DNA from: a virus
Taxonomy: Duplodnaviria > Caudoviricetes
IMG/VR virus record: IMGVR_UViG_3300046787_000352
Coordinates: 2,050-66,049 of that record
Length of the DNA: 64,000 bases
Direction: 5' to 3' (one strand)
Shown here: positions 36,282 to 46,717 of the stretch, piece after piece
Layout of the letters: each line of letters opens with the position of its first letter
Position numbering within the stretch: position 1 is the stretch's first letter
Made by a program: the position numbers and the translations under genes
Notes under the pieces: generated by a model
The model's database searches: none
Told to the model about the DNA's origin: nothing
Seen by the model: only the letters and a program-made list of their open reading frames with translations

Positions 36282-36710
36282 GTGGGCAATCGGTTCTCAT
36301 CCGGCAAGAACAGCATCGCCGAGTGCGATCGCTGTGGCTTCCGGTTCAAGCTGCACCAGCTACGTCGTGAGGTCGTCAAGACCAAGAACTACGAGTTGCT
36401 GGTCTGCGGCCCATGCTGGGACCCCGATCACCCGCAGCTTCAATTGGGTATGTACCCAGTGGATGACCCTCAAGGTGTTCGCAACCCGCGTCCTGATCGC
36501 AGCTATGTTTCGTCTGGTACGACAGGTTTGCAGATCATCGACGGCAGCAGCACAAGTCTTGATGCTCAAGGCTTCCAAGGTGAAGGCAGCCGCAACATAC
36601 AATGGGGCTGGGCGCCAGTAGGTGGCTCTAGCTTTTTTGACGACCCACTCACACCAAACAACTTGGCATTGAGCGTGGAAATTGGTACAGTCACCGTAAC
36701 AACGACGTAA
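36282..36710 (+). CDS. Cys4 zinc-binding virion-module protein
   Basis: ECDRCGF...VCGPCWDPDHPQL. Confidence 0.7.
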   Translation: MGNRFSSGKNSIAECDRCGFRFKLHQLRREVVKTKNYELLVCGPCWDPDHPQLQLGMYPVDDPQGVRNPRPDRSYVSSGTTGLQIIDGSSTSLDAQGFQGEGSRNIQWGWAPVGGSSFFDDPLTPNNLALSVEIGTVTVTTT

Positions 36711-36720
36711 GGAGCCGATC

Positions 36721-36882
36721 ATGGCAAAAGTAGACGCAAAGACAGCTGTGCGTAAGCACGAACAAAATATGCACCCCGGCAAGGCACCAACAAAGATGCG
36801 TGCTGGCGGTAAGACCAACAGCGACATGCTGAAAATGGGTCGTGGTTTGGCTAAGATCGCCAACCAAAAAGCGAAAGGCTAA
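36721..36882 (+). CDS. small basic protein (53 aa; absent from the ORF track)
   Basis: RBS AAGGAG; MAKVDAKTAVRKHEQNMHPGKAPTKMRAGGKTNSDMLKMGRGLAKIANQKAKG. Confidence 0.7.
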   Translation: MAKVDAKTAVRKHEQNMHPGKAPTKMRAGGKTNSDMLKMGRGLAKIANQKAKG

Positions 36883-36884
36883 TC

Positions 36885-37088
36885 ATGGCTACCTCAAAGC
36901 AACCACAGAAAAAGCCTATTGCTGCCGCCGGCGTTGAGAAAAACAACACCAAGGCGAACAAAGACATGAACGTGTCTTCGGCTAACCGCCACAGCAATGA
37001 CTACAAAGGCGTCAAGACTTCTGGCATCAAAATCCGCGGTACTGGCGCAGCCACAAAAGGTTTGATGGCCCGCGGCCCAATGGCGTAA
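36885..37088 (+). CDS. small basic protein
   Basis: GIKIRGTGAATKGLMARGPMA. Confidence 0.7.
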   Translation: MATSKQPQKKPIAAAGVEKNNTKANKDMNVSSANRHSNDYKGVKTSGIKIRGTGAATKGLMARGPMA

Positions 37089-37091
37089 AGC

Positions 37092-37805
37092 ATGACCTAC
37101 GACGAACTTTTCGCAAACGTACAGGCGTACACGGAGAACACGTTCCCCGACACGTACCTTGCTGACGGCAGTGTTGTTTCTACGGAGACGCAGATCAACA
37201 CGTTCATCAAGCAGGCGGAGCAGCGCATCTACAACTCGGTGCAGTTCCCTTCTTTGCGTAAGAACGTCACAGGCATCACGACCACCAACAATAAATACCT
37301 ATCGCTCCCCGGCGACTTTTTGTCGACGTTCTCTTTGGCTGTTGTTGCCGACGATGGGAGCTACGAGTACTTGTTGAATAAGGACGTGAACTTCATTCGT
37401 CAAGCGTACCCAAGACCGACGGACACAGCGTTCCCGAAGTACTACGCATTATTTGGTCCAACGACTACAAGCGGGGGCTCACCTGCAATCACAGATGAGT
37501 TGTCCGCTATTCTTGGTCCAACGCCAGATGCAGCGTATGAAGTAGAGCTGCACTATTACTACTACCCAGAGTCGATCGTCGACGCGGCAGACGGGCATAC
37601 ATGGTTGGGTGACAACTTTGACAGCGTGTTGCTGTATGGCACCTTGGTTGAGGCGTACACCTTTATGAAGGGTGAGGCGGACATCATGGCGTTCTACGTC
37701 AAGAAATACGAAGAAGCTCTTGGCTTGGCTAAACGTCTGGGTGATGGTCTGGAGCGCGGCGACGCGTATCGTGACGGACAAACTAAACTGCGAGTAACGT
37801 CATGA
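37092..37805 (+). CDS. tail adaptor/tubular protein A-like
   Basis: FIKQAEQRIY...PKYYA...GPTPDAAY.VELHY...LLYGTLVEAY.FMKG. Confidence 0.7.
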   Translation: MTYDELFANVQAYTENTFPDTYLADGSVVSTETQINTFIKQAEQRIYNSVQFPSLRKNVTGITTTNNKYLSLPGDFLSTFSLAVVADDGSYEYLLNKDVNFIRQAYPRPTDTAFPKYYALFGPTTTSGGSPAITDELSAILGPTPDAAYEVELHYYYYPESIVDAADGHTWLGDNFDSVLLYGTLVEAYTFMKGEADIMAFYVKKYEEALGLAKRLGDGLERGDAYRDGQTKLRVTS

Positions 37806-38230
37806 CCATTGCACAGGGCGCAACCAACACATTCAAGCTCGGGTTGCCGAAAGGCAACTTTGATTTTGACGTGGACACATTCAAGATCGCGCTGTACACC
37901 GGCGCGGCTTCGATCAATTTAGACACCACCGCGTACACGACGGACGGTGAGGTCGTAGCCGCAGGCTACACCGCTGGTGGTGAGACGTTGTCGGTGTCGC
38001 AAGTACCCACGATTGGAAATCAAACCGGTGATGCCACTGTGTATCTGTCGTTTAGCAATGTGACGTGGACTTCAGCGCTCACAGCGCGCGGCGCGTTGAT
38101 TTACAAATCTGGCTCGGGCAACCCGTCCGTTTGCGTTCTTGACTTCGGTGCGGACAAAACTTCCACCACAACTTTCACGGTGCAGTTTCCCGCTGCCACC
38201 AATACAGCGGCGATCATCCGCATTTCGTAA
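37802..38230 (+). CDS. tail structural protein
   Basis: FKIALYT...GYTAGG...TARGALIY...VLDFGADK. Confidence 0.7.
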   Translation: MTIAQGATNTFKLGLPKGNFDFDVDTFKIALYTGAASINLDTTAYTTDGEVVAAGYTAGGETLSVSQVPTIGNQTGDATVYLSFSNVTWTSALTARGALIYKSGSGNPSVCVLDFGADKTSTTTFTVQFPAATNTAAIIRIS

Positions 38231-38239
38231 GGACTCAAC

Positions 38240-38758
38240 ATGCAAGAAACAGCAAAAGCCGGTGGTGTGTTCCACGTTCAGTGCTTGGACAAAGACGGCA
38301 ACCTCAAGTGGGAAACGCAATTCCCCAACCTCGTTGTGAACGAGGGTTTGCAGGACATGAACAACAAGTATTTCAAGGGTAGTGGCTACACTGCGGCTTG
38401 GTACATGGGCTTGATTACAGGCCCCGGCTCAGGCACATCGTTTGCCGCAGGCGACACTTTGGCCAGTCACTCCGGTTGGACCGAGTTCACTAACTACTCA
38501 GGCGGCGTGCGCCCACAGATCACTTTCGGTACGCCGACAACTGCTGACCCATCGGTGGCAACAAACTCGGCTTCCCCAACAGCGTTCTCGATTTCCAGCT
38601 CAGGTGGCGTAGTGGCTGGCGCGTTTGTTTGCTCAGCAACCTCCGGTACGTCTGGCGTGTTGTTTTCCGCTGCCGATTTTGAATCGCCCGGCGACCGTAC
38701 AGTTGTGTCTGGTGACACATTGAACGTCACATACACCTTCAGCTTGGCTGCTGCGTAA
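38240..38758 (+). CDS. tail structural protein
   Basis: NLVVNEGL...GWTE...GDTLNVTY. Confidence 0.7.
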   Translation: MQETAKAGGVFHVQCLDKDGNLKWETQFPNLVVNEGLQDMNNKYFKGSGYTAAWYMGLITGPGSGTSFAAGDTLASHSGWTEFTNYSGGVRPQITFGTPTTADPSVATNSASPTAFSISSSGGVVAGAFVCSATSGTSGVLFSAADFESPGDRTVVSGDTLNVTYTFSLAAA

Positions 38759-38766
38759 GGCACTAG

Positions 38767-39324
38767 ATGTTTAGCGGAGCAGCTTTTGCAGCCGCCCCGT
38801 TCTCTGCAACTGGGTCGAACACATACAACGTAGTTATCCTTGAGGATGCTACTGGTAGCAGCACGTTTGTGGCGAGAGCACGTTTTGCCTCGTCTGTGAC
38901 TGAATCTGCTGAGATGTCCGCGCAGACTTTTGTCGCTGCTTCGGTGTTTGGTGCGTCTTTTGTTGACGCTGCTGAAGGCTCGGACACAATGCTTGTTGCG
39001 CCGTCAGAATTTGGTGCTTCTGTTGCAGAGACAGCCGAAGGCACGGACACAATGCTTGTTGCCCCGTCAGAGTTCAACGCCTCTTTTGTAGACGCCGCAG
39101 AAGCGTCGGATGGATTCGTTGCGTTGGTGATATTCGTTTGTTCGATTTCAGAATCGGCAGATGCAGCAGATCAGATTTTGGCCCGCCTATTGTGGGAAAT
39201 CATCGACGACAGTCAATCAGTTGTTTGGGGCTTGGTGGGTGACTCGCAGAGCACAACGTGGTCTAATATCGACGACAGCGCACCGACAACGTGGTCAACA
39301 ATCCCCACCATTAACAGAGATTAA
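38767..39324 (+). CDS. structural protein with 20-aa tandem repeats
   Basis: FGAS.V..AEG.DTMLVAPSE repeated with a 60-bp period (about 38948-39105). Confidence 0.65.
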   Translation: MFSGAAFAAAPFSATGSNTYNVVILEDATGSSTFVARARFASSVTESAEMSAQTFVAASVFGASFVDAAEGSDTMLVAPSEFGASVAETAEGTDTMLVAPSEFNASFVDAAEASDGFVALVIFVCSISESADAADQILARLLWEIIDDSQSVVWGLVGDSQSTTWSNIDDSAPTTWSTIPTINRD

Positions 39325-39326
39325 AC

Positions 39327-41342
39327 ATGGCTATTGTCGTAAAAGATCGGGTACAAGAAACCTCCACAACTACAGGCACATCTGACTTTGTGCTTGCTGG
39401 AGCGACCCCCGGTTACCAGTCGTTCGCTGCTATTGGCAACACAAATACCACATACTACGCAGCGGTTGACCCCGCCACTGGCGCTTGGGAAGTTGGTACT
39501 GGCACGTACAGTACCACTGGCCCGACTCTCACACGCACAACTGTTTTTGAATCCAGTGCAAGTGGAGCGAAGGTTGACTTTGCCGCAGGTGCAAAGAATG
39601 TGTTCTGCGTTTACCCAGCTGAGCGAGCCATTTACGAAGAGCCTTCTGGCAATACTCTTATTGACGGTGGTCCGCTGACGGTTATCGGTACCGGTGTGCC
39701 AACTTACACCAGCTTCTCGGCTGTTTTGTCCGAGATGTATGGCAACGTGGATACCTTTGCGCAATCTTACGCACAGAACTACAACGACGGGCCAGACGCT
39801 TCGGCGGACATGATTGTCTACCGTGATAACACCGTGGTGGATACGGCCAACTTCATGGACATGGGCATTAACAGCTCAAACTTCTCGTCCGCAACGTACC
39901 CGATTTTTACGCCTAGTTCCATGTACCTGTACGGTGATGGCGGTGAGATGTTTGTTGGTAGCGGCACTGATGATCTTATTTTCTTTACTGGAGGTGTTGA
40001 CACCACTGACGAAGCTGCGCGTTTTGACAAGACTACAAAAGCGCTGACCACAATTGCGGACGTTAACGTTGGCGGTGCTCTGGATGTGATAGGTGCGGCC
40101 ACGTTTGGTTCGACTGTTACCCTAGATGCAGACCCAACTACCGCACTCGAAGCGGCAACCAAGCAGTACGTAGACAACGCAGTGTCAAACGGTTTTCACG
40201 TCCACACCCCCGTGCTCGTGGCTACAACAGGCAACCTCACTGCAACCTATAGCAACGGTACCGCTGGTGTTGGCGCTACTCTAACCAACTCAGGCACACA
40301 AGAAGCTCTTGAGATTGACGGTGTGTCGATGACGGTCGCTGACCGTGTATTGGTGTGGCAACAAAGTGCTCAAGCCCAGAACGGCGTGTACGTCGTAACA
40401 ACCGTTGGTGACGGCTCAACAAACTGGGTGCTGACTCGCGCATCGGATGCGGACACCTACGTGCCACAGTCAGACACCGGCCTTGGTGGCGGAGATTACT
40501 TCTTCGTGTCCAGCGGCGCTACAGAGGGCTTCTCGTCTTTTGTTTGCACGAACGACGGCGCGATTACATTCGGCACTACAGCCATTACATTTGCGTTGTT
40601 CAGTACAGTTCCAGAGTACATCGTCACGGCTCCTTTGAGCCTGACAGGCAACACACTGGCTTTAACTGGCACTGTTGCAGCAACTAACGGTGGTACAGGT
40701 ACAAACACAGTCACGACAGGTGACATGCTCTACGGTTCTGCGTCGAACACTTGGTCTAAGTTGGCCTTGGGTTCCGCATACAAGTCTTTGGTGGTGAACG
40801 GTTCAGGTACTCAGGTGGAGTGGAACGCAGTTGCCTTGAACCAAGCAGGTGCGGTCTCTGGTGCCCTTGGTGCTACGAACGGCGGCACAGGTCAAAGCTC
40901 TTACGCTGTGGGCGACATCCTGTATTCTGGTCTGGCTAACACGTTGAGTAAGTTGGCCGGTAATACATCGACCACCAAGAAGTTCCTTTCCCAAACAGGT
41001 ACAGGCTCTGATTCCGCCGCGCCTTCATGGGATGCGGTTTCGTCTGGGGATATTTCAGGTCTTGGTACGATGGCATCTCAAAATGCCAACAACGTTGCTA
41101 TCACAGGTGGCACAATCAACGGCACAACGGTCGGAGCTTCTACCCCTGCGGCTGTTACGGGTACTGTAGTTTCTGGCACTACATCTGTTGTCGCTGCTAA
41201 TGGCGTGTTCATCAACGATCAGATCGTTAGCTCAAACTTGGCTATTGGTACCGGACAAAACGGTTTCTCGATTGGCCCGTTGTCAGTTGCTTCTGGCGTG
41301 ACATTTAGCGTTGCTGCGGGTCAGCGCCACATCGTTCTGTAA
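39327..41342 (+). CDS. tail fibre protein
   Basis: [13 protein letters not shown]-terminus; AATKQYVD; DRVLV..Q...QNGVY; NGGTG repeats. Confidence 0.8.
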   Translation: MAIVVKDRVQETSTTTGTSDFVLAGATPGYQSFAAIGNTNTTYYAAVDPATGAWEVGTGTYSTTGPTLTRTTVFESSASGAKVDFAAGAKNVFCVYPAERAIYEEPSGNTLIDGGPLTVIGTGVPTYTSFSAVLSEMYGNVDTFAQSYAQNYNDGPDASADMIVYRDNTVVDTANFMDMGINSSNFSSATYPIFTPSSMYLYGDGGEMFVGSGTDDLIFFTGGVDTTDEAARFDKTTKALTTIADVNVGGALDVIGAATFGSTVTLDADPTTALEAATKQYVDNAVSNGFHVHTPVLVATTGNLTATYSNGTAGVGATLTNSGTQEALEIDGVSMTVADRVLVWQQSAQAQNGVYVVTTVGDGSTNWVLTRASDADTYVPQSDTGLGGGDYFFVSSGATEGFSSFVCTNDGAITFGTTAITFALFSTVPEYIVTAPLSLTGNTLALTGTVAATNGGTGTNTVTTGDMLYGSASNTWSKLALGSAYKSLVVNGSGTQVEWNAVALNQAGAVSGALGATNGGTGQSSYAVGDILYSGLANTLSKLAGNTSTTKKFLSQTGTGSDSAAPSWDAVSSGDISGLGTMASQNANNVAITGGTINGTTVGASTPAAVTGTVVSGTTSVVAANGVFINDQIVSSNLAIGTGQNGFSIGPLSVASGVTFSVAAGQRHIVL

Positions 41343-41350
41343 GGAAAGAC

Positions 41351-42277
41351 ATGACTACTATTACCGCATCAACATTGGTGAATACAGGGTACGTTGTTGA
41401 GGCCGACGATACCGGCACGCTTGTCTTAAAGACGGGGGCGACTCCCACGACTGCTTTGACTATTAGCGACGCGCAGGTCGTCACTTTTGCGCAGCCGGTT
41501 TCCGGTTCCGGTTCCAACCTAACGTCACTGAACGCAAGTAACTTATCGTCTGGGACGGTCGCCACTGCACGTCTTGGCTCCGGTACAGCAAGCTCGTCTA
41601 CCTACCTTCGTGGTGACAGCACTTGGGCTTCTATTGCATCAAGCCAATGGACAACAACTGGTTCTGACATCTACTACAACACAGGTAACGTAGGTATTGG
41701 TACGAGTTCGCCAAGTTTTTCTGGTTTTGGTTCAAACACAAGTGGTGTTCAAGTAACTAATGGTAATAATGCGGCATTTAAATTAAGTGGTAATGCTGGC
41801 GGTGATTTTTATATAGTTAGTGGCTCAGGACAGCATTGGTTATACGCAACCGGCGCTGTACCAATGTCTTTCTCTACCAACGGCACAGAACAAGCGCGTA
41901 TCACTTCTGCGGGCCTTTTTCAGTTCAACTCAGGCTACGGCTCTGTCGCCACTGCCTACGGTTGCCGCGCTTGGGTCAACTTCAACGGTACAGGTACTGT
42001 GTCGATTCGTGCAAGTGGTAACGTGTCTAGCATTGGTGATAACGGTGTTGGCGACTACACCATAAACTTTTCGTCAGCTATGCCTAATGCAAACTACGCA
42101 TGGTCCTGCGCCGGTAGCAGCTACTTAGATAGCTCAACTACAAACGCCTGTATGGTTGGTAGAACAACAACATCTGAACAAACAGCTGCATCACTGCGCT
42201 TTGACACGGTGCGCTCACAAGGCTCGTCTATGGATAACCAAGATACACCTTTGGTTACTGTTCAAATTATTCGATAA
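41351..42277 (+). CDS. tail fibre/receptor-binding protein
   Basis: GNVGIGT repeat; C-terminal CRAWVNFNG...NVSSI.D.G.GDYTINF domain. Confidence 0.75.
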   Translation: MTTITASTLVNTGYVVEADDTGTLVLKTGATPTTALTISDAQVVTFAQPVSGSGSNLTSLNASNLSSGTVATARLGSGTASSSTYLRGDSTWASIASSQWTTTGSDIYYNTGNVGIGTSSPSFSGFGSNTSGVQVTNGNNAAFKLSGNAGGDFYIVSGSGQHWLYATGAVPMSFSTNGTEQARITSAGLFQFNSGYGSVATAYGCRAWVNFNGTGTVSIRASGNVSSIGDNGVGDYTINFSSAMPNANYAWSCAGSSYLDSSTTNACMVGRTTTSEQTAASLRFDTVRSQGSSMDNQDTPLVTVQIIR

Positions 42278-42289
42278 AAAGGACCGACC

Positions 42290-42544
42290 ATGACACAACG
42301 AATCATCTATGAAAACGACGAAGGCGGCGTGGTTGTCCTCATCCCAGCACCAGAAGCTCTTGAGCAATACGGCATCGAAGCCATTGCGTTGAAAGATGTA
42401 CCTGCGGGCAAGCCTTTTAAGATTGTTGCCGTAGAAGAAATTCCATCTGACCGTACTTTCCGTGGCGCATGGGAGGTTGACCCTGCCGCGTTGACTGACG
42501 GCGTAGGTGCTGAATCTGACCAATTTCCAGAGGTGGCTGAATGA
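42290..42544 (+). CDS. putative fibre assembly/chaperone protein
   Basis: IALKDVPAG.PFKIV...IPSDRTFR.AW. Confidence 0.6.
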   Translation: MTQRIIYENDEGGVVVLIPAPEALEQYGIEAIALKDVPAGKPFKIVAVEEIPSDRTFRGAWEVDPAALTDGVGAESDQFPEVAE

Positions 42545-42762
42545 TTACCGTGAACATCGACAAGGCAAAAGACATCACCAAAGACCGTTTGCGTGCCGAG
42601 CGTGTTGCGCTGTTGGCGGCTCAGGACGTTGCGTATATGCGTGCCATTGAATCTGGCCAAGACACCTCAGCTATCGTGGCTGAGAAACAACGTCTACGCG
42701 ACATCACTCAACTGGCCGACCAAGCATCAACACTGGAAGAGCTAAAAGCTCTTGGGGTCTAA
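42541..42762 (+). CDS. putative fibre assembly/chaperone protein
   Basis: LRAER...L...D...KQRLRDIT. Confidence 0.6.
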   Translation: MITVNIDKAKDITKDRLRAERVALLAAQDVAYMRAIESGQDTSAIVAEKQRLRDITQLADQASTLEELKALGV

Positions 42763-42763
42763 T

Positions 42764-43432
42764 ATGGCAGCAACAACACTTCTTAGCGACAACGGTGCAA
42801 GCTCAGGGCTGTCTGGGTACACGCTCACTGGCGGCAGCGACGGCACGTTGGAACTTCAAACCACGACTGCTGGCGGCACCCCTACCACAGCCATAAGCAT
42901 TAGCAACGCACAGGTTGTTACGTTTGTGAACCCGCCTGTTGGTGTTGACGCGTTCCCATCTGGAACGGCGATGTTGTTTCTTCAAACAGCCGCTCCGACA
43001 GGTTGGACAAAATCAACCGCGCATGACAACAAAGCCCTTCGTGTGGTCAGCGGTACCGCAGGTTCTGGCGGTTCGGTGGCGTTCACGACTGCGTTCGCTT
43101 CGCAGACACCTAGCGGCTCCGTATCGGTGTCAGGTACGGTGGGCGCGACAACGCTCTCGACAAGCCAGATTCCAAGTCATAACCACTTAGGTGGACATCC
43201 TAGAGCGAACGGATTTGAGTACAACAACTCCCTATACGGAACAACAACAGCTGGTAGTTATGCTGTATCTTCGCAAGCCAGTGGATACTACACAGGCAAC
43301 TTTGCTTACACGTCATCTACAGGCAGCGGCGGCTCCCATGACCACTCGTTCAGCGGCTCGGGGAGTTTCTCTGGCTCTGCGATCAACTTGGCGGTACAGT
43401 ATGTGGACACCATCATCGCTACAAAGAATTGA
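42764..43432 (+). CDS. short tail fibre-like protein (collar-like domain)
   Basis: FPSGT.MLF.QTAAPTGWTK...TLSTSQIPSH.H...VQYVD.II..K. Confidence 0.7.
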   Translation: MAATTLLSDNGASSGLSGYTLTGGSDGTLELQTTTAGGTPTTAISISNAQVVTFVNPPVGVDAFPSGTAMLFLQTAAPTGWTKSTAHDNKALRVVSGTAGSGGSVAFTTAFASQTPSGSVSVSGTVGATTLSTSQIPSHNHLGGHPRANGFEYNNSLYGTTTAGSYAVSSQASGYYTGNFAYTSSTGSGGSHDHSFSGSGSFSGSAINLAVQYVDTIIATKN

Positions 43433-43434
43433 TT

Positions 43435-43749
43435 ATGAAAATTGAAGCCAAAGCCAACTGCCCACTTGACGGATTTAACCCTTGCCGCAAACTTGACTGC
43501 GCATGGTTTATGCAGATTCGCGGGAAGAATCCGAACACCGGCGATGATATTGACGATTGGGGCTGCTCTATGGCGTGGATGCCTGTGTTGCTTATTGAGA
43601 ACAGCCAGCAGCAACGCCAGACAGGTGCGGCGGTTGAGTCGTTCCGTAACGAGATGGTCAAGTCAAACGAGGTCGGGCAGCGTGTTCTCTTGGCCGCTGC
43701 GGGCGTGCCGCAACAAGCACAACAAATGATTTTGGAGTCCAACAAATGA
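43435..43749 (+). CDS. Cys-rich tail-module protein
   Basis: CPL...C...CAWF...WGC...LLIENSQQQR. Confidence 0.7.
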   Translation: MKIEAKANCPLDGFNPCRKLDCAWFMQIRGKNPNTGDDIDDWGCSMAWMPVLLIENSQQQRQTGAAVESFRNEMVKSNEVGQRVLLAAAGVPQQAQQMILESNK

Positions 43750-44018
43750 AGATCACAATTATTCCTGCGGATGGCGCAGTCTACAAAGACAACGTTTCTT
43801 TCTCTGAGTTAGACCTGTCTTGTGCCCCCGCAGACGTTCACGCCCTGCAATGGTTTGGTGAAAAAGGTTGGATTGAGTTTTCTGTCGATGCAGATTTCAA
43901 TAAGCCAGCGAACCAAAACATCACAGAGCTACCTGTGTGGGTGGCTACCGCCCTTACAAAATGGGATGAGGCGCAAGCCGCTTTGACCCAAGCAACCCAA
44001 GCAACCCAAGAAGGTTAA
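43746..44018 (+). CDS. tail-module hypothetical protein
   Basis: VHALQW...GWIE. Confidence 0.65.
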   Translation: MKITIIPADGAVYKDNVSFSELDLSCAPADVHALQWFGEKGWIEFSVDADFNKPANQNITELPVWVATALTKWDEAQAALTQATQATQEG

Positions 44019-44020
44019 GT

Positions 44021-44572
44021 ATGGCAGTCGTAATTAACGGGTCTGGGAGCATATCCGGCCTAAGTGTCGGGGGTCTACCCGAAGGGGTTGTTACCGTATC
44101 CGATCTGTACGCCACAGGCACGCCAAGCTCTACTACGTTCCTGCGAGGGGACGGTGCATGGGCGCAAGCCGGATTTGAGTCAGGCACGACGTTGGTGTTT
44201 TCACAGACCAATGCCCCTACCGGCTGGACGAAGTCAACAACACACAACAACAAAGCACTGCGAATCGTGTCTGGCACTGTAAGTTCAGGTGGCTCTGTTG
44301 CGTTTACCACTGCGTTTGCCTCACAGGCCGTTGTAGGGACCGTAGGGGACACCACACTTTCAACCGCACAAATGCCCAGCCACTTCCACGGTAACGCCTA
44401 TAACAGCTACGGTGGCGTGTCAGGCCCCGGTTTTTACAACCCTGCGTACTACCCGATTCTAGGGAACACCTCGTCTACGGGTGGAGGCGGCTCACATACG
44501 CACAGTTTTTCTGGCACCGCAATCAACTTGGCTGTGCAGTACGTGGACGTCATCTTGGCCGTAAAAGATTAA
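44021..44572 (+). CDS. short tail fibre-like protein, paralogue of 42764..43432
   Basis: FESGT.LVF.QTNAPTGWTK...AINLAVQYVD. Confidence 0.7.
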   Translation: MAVVINGSGSISGLSVGGLPEGVVTVSDLYATGTPSSTTFLRGDGAWAQAGFESGTTLVFSQTNAPTGWTKSTTHNNKALRIVSGTVSSGGSVAFTTAFASQAVVGTVGDTTLSTAQMPSHFHGNAYNSYGGVSGPGFYNPAYYPILGNTSSTGGGGSHTHSFSGTAINLAVQYVDVILAVKD

Positions 44573-44581
44573 AGGAACACA

Positions 44582-45808
44582 ATGTCTTCAACCTACTCTC
44601 CCGATCTGCGCATCGAACTCATTGGCACCGGCGACCAAGCTGGTGTCTGGGGCAACACAACCAACACAAACCTCGGCACGCTGATGGAGAACGCAATTGC
44701 GGGCTACACGTCTGTCTCTATCATTGCATCGCCCCAAGCCCTAACTGCAAACGACGGTGCGTTGGATGAGGCTCGTTTTGCTGCGGTTGCTTTGACCACC
44801 ACGACAAGTGCCAACTTCACGGTCTGCATCCCACCAAACTCAAAGCTGTACACGTTCTACAACGCGTCGAGCTACACAGCCACGATCACCAACTCCACGG
44901 TGAAGAACGGCATCATTGCAAGCGGTGGCACAACTGTGGCCATCCCTGCGGGTAAAACCATGTCATTGTGGTCTGACGGTACGAACGTTGCGCAGCAAAC
45001 GAACCACCTGATCTCCCCCTCGTTGGTGACCCCTGCGTTGGGCACGCCCGCATCTGGCACATTGACTAACGCAACGGGCCTTCCCCTCACTACCGGCGTG
45101 ACCGGCACACTGCCTGTGGCCAACGGTGGCACAGGCGTGACATCCTCTACGGGTACAGGCAACGTTGTTTTGTCGAACAGCCCTACATTGGTGACCCCTG
45201 CTTTGGGCACGCCATCCTCTGGTACCTTGACAAACGCTACTGGCTTACCGCTGACTACGGGCGTGACAGGCGTGCTTCCTATCGCCAACGGCGGTACAAA
45301 CCTGTCTTCAACTCCTACAAACGGCCAAATTCCTGTGGGTAACGGTACTGGGTACGCCTTGGCAACAATCACTGCTGGTACGGGCGTATCGGTGACTAAC
45401 GGCTCAGGCAGCATCACTGTGGCCAACACCGGTGTTACTTCGGTTAACGGCTCTACCGGCGCGGTGACCACAATGGGTTGGAACGTAACCGCAACCAATT
45501 CAACAATCGGTAACGGCGGTACATACGCTATTCCGAGCAACACCATTTTGATTACCGGGTACATTAACTCTCAGTTCACCGGCAACAACCCTGCTGCGGG
45601 TGATATCACGCTCCAAGATAGCGGCGGCGGTAACCTTGGGACCTACGCATATGGTGGCCAAACGGGAGGCGGTGATGGCGGCGGTGCTTTTTACTTCCGC
45701 TTCCCAGTGACGATTGCTGTGCCTTCTAACGCAACGCAGTTGAGGGTGACCCAAACCTCCGGCAGCAACACTTTCCAACTCGTCATCTTGGCCTACGTAA
45801 CAAAGTGA
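44582..45808 (+). CDS. tail fibre protein with a duplicated ~40-aa repeat
   Basis: G.WG.TTNTNL N-terminus; SP.LVTPALGTP.SGTLTNATGLPLTTGVTG.LP.ANGGT occurs twice. Confidence 0.75.
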   Translation: MSSTYSPDLRIELIGTGDQAGVWGNTTNTNLGTLMENAIAGYTSVSIIASPQALTANDGALDEARFAAVALTTTTSANFTVCIPPNSKLYTFYNASSYTATITNSTVKNGIIASGGTTVAIPAGKTMSLWSDGTNVAQQTNHLISPSLVTPALGTPASGTLTNATGLPLTTGVTGTLPVANGGTGVTSSTGTGNVVLSNSPTLVTPALGTPSSGTLTNATGLPLTTGVTGVLPIANGGTNLSSTPTNGQIPVGNGTGYALATITAGTGVSVTNGSGSITVANTGVTSVNGSTGAVTTMGWNVTATNSTIGNGGTYAIPSNTILITGYINSQFTGNNPAAGDITLQDSGGGNLGTYAYGGQTGGGDGGGAFYFRFPVTIAVPSNATQLRVTQTSGSNTFQLVILAYVTK

Positions 45809-45809
45809 T

Positions 45810-46541
45810 GTGGACCCAATCAGTCTTCTCCTCATGGCGCAGAGTGCTGTCGGTGCTATCCGCGCTGGCTGTCAAATGCTCAGTGAAGGGAAGGCTGAAA
45901 TTGGCAAGTTTAAAAAGCAAGTTGAAGGTGGGGTAGCAGATGCCCGAGCAATCTACAACGAGGTCACAGGAATCTGGGACTGGCTCAAAGGACTCTTCGG
46001 AGAAAAGAAATCACAACCTACAGTCACTGCGCCAGTTGTGGAGAAAGCAGCAGCTCCTGCGCCGACTAAGAAGAAGGTAGCGGAGCCAGAACCAGAACTA
46101 AGCTACGAGGAGTTTCAAGCGCGTGCAGTGCACGACATCTGCGAAAATTTGAAGGTCTACTTTGAAGCTATGAGGCAACTTAAAGCACACTGCCGGGAAC
46201 TTGAAGAACAAGCTCTGACCACAGAGAAAGTTGCCGACAGTGCGATTGATCGAATCGAGATTCAGTGGCAAATGAATCAGCTGTCCGCGCAGTTGAAGCA
46301 GGCCATGATTTGGGGTACGCCGGAGGAGCTGGGTCTTGGTGATATGTACCGAGACTTCCTCACCAAGTACGACGAGATTTTGGAAGAGCAAGAAGCTGCT
46401 CGTGAGGTGAAGCTCAAGAAGGAACGGAACAGCGCATGGCGACTAGAGCACCGCAAAGAAATACTGGTGGCCAAGCTGGGGTACGTAGTGATCGTGTCAG
46501 TGGCGGCCCTGTGGATGACGGGGTTGTATTCCGTTCTATGA
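45810..46541 (+). CDS. coiled-coil protein with C-terminal TM helix
   Basis: MDPISLL amphipathic N-terminus; hydrophobic C-terminus. Confidence 0.65.
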   Translation: MDPISLLLMAQSAVGAIRAGCQMLSEGKAEIGKFKKQVEGGVADARAIYNEVTGIWDWLKGLFGEKKSQPTVTAPVVEKAAAPAPTKKKVAEPEPELSYEEFQARAVHDICENLKVYFEAMRQLKAHCRELEEQALTTEKVADSAIDRIEIQWQMNQLSAQLKQAMIWGTPEELGLGDMYRDFLTKYDEILEEQEAAREVKLKKERNSAWRLEHRKEILVAKLGYVVIVSVAALWMTGLYSVL

Positions 46542-46717
46542 AGGAATTCTGGTACTGGGTATTGATCGTTACGTTTCTAATCGCTTTAAACTTCGCGACG
46601 TGGTTGGGGCTGCTCCACATGGACAAGAAACTAAAACAAACAGAAGCGCTCGTGCTTCGCTTGGAAGATAAGGACAAGAAAAATGACCGCAGAAAAAAAG
46701 ACCCTGACCCGGAGTGA
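46538..46717 (+). CDS. small membrane protein
   Basis: ATGA overlap; N-terminal TM followed by a basic coiled coil. Confidence 0.55.
   Translation: MKEFWYWVLIVTFLIALNFATWLGLLHMDKKLKQTEALVLRLEDKDKKNDRRKKDPDPE

Noticed and set aside
42950-44572. Paralogous fibre segments as DGR template and variable repeats
   Set aside because: No reverse transcriptase is seen; both copies are intact ORFs differing mostly at synonymous positions, not specifically at adenines
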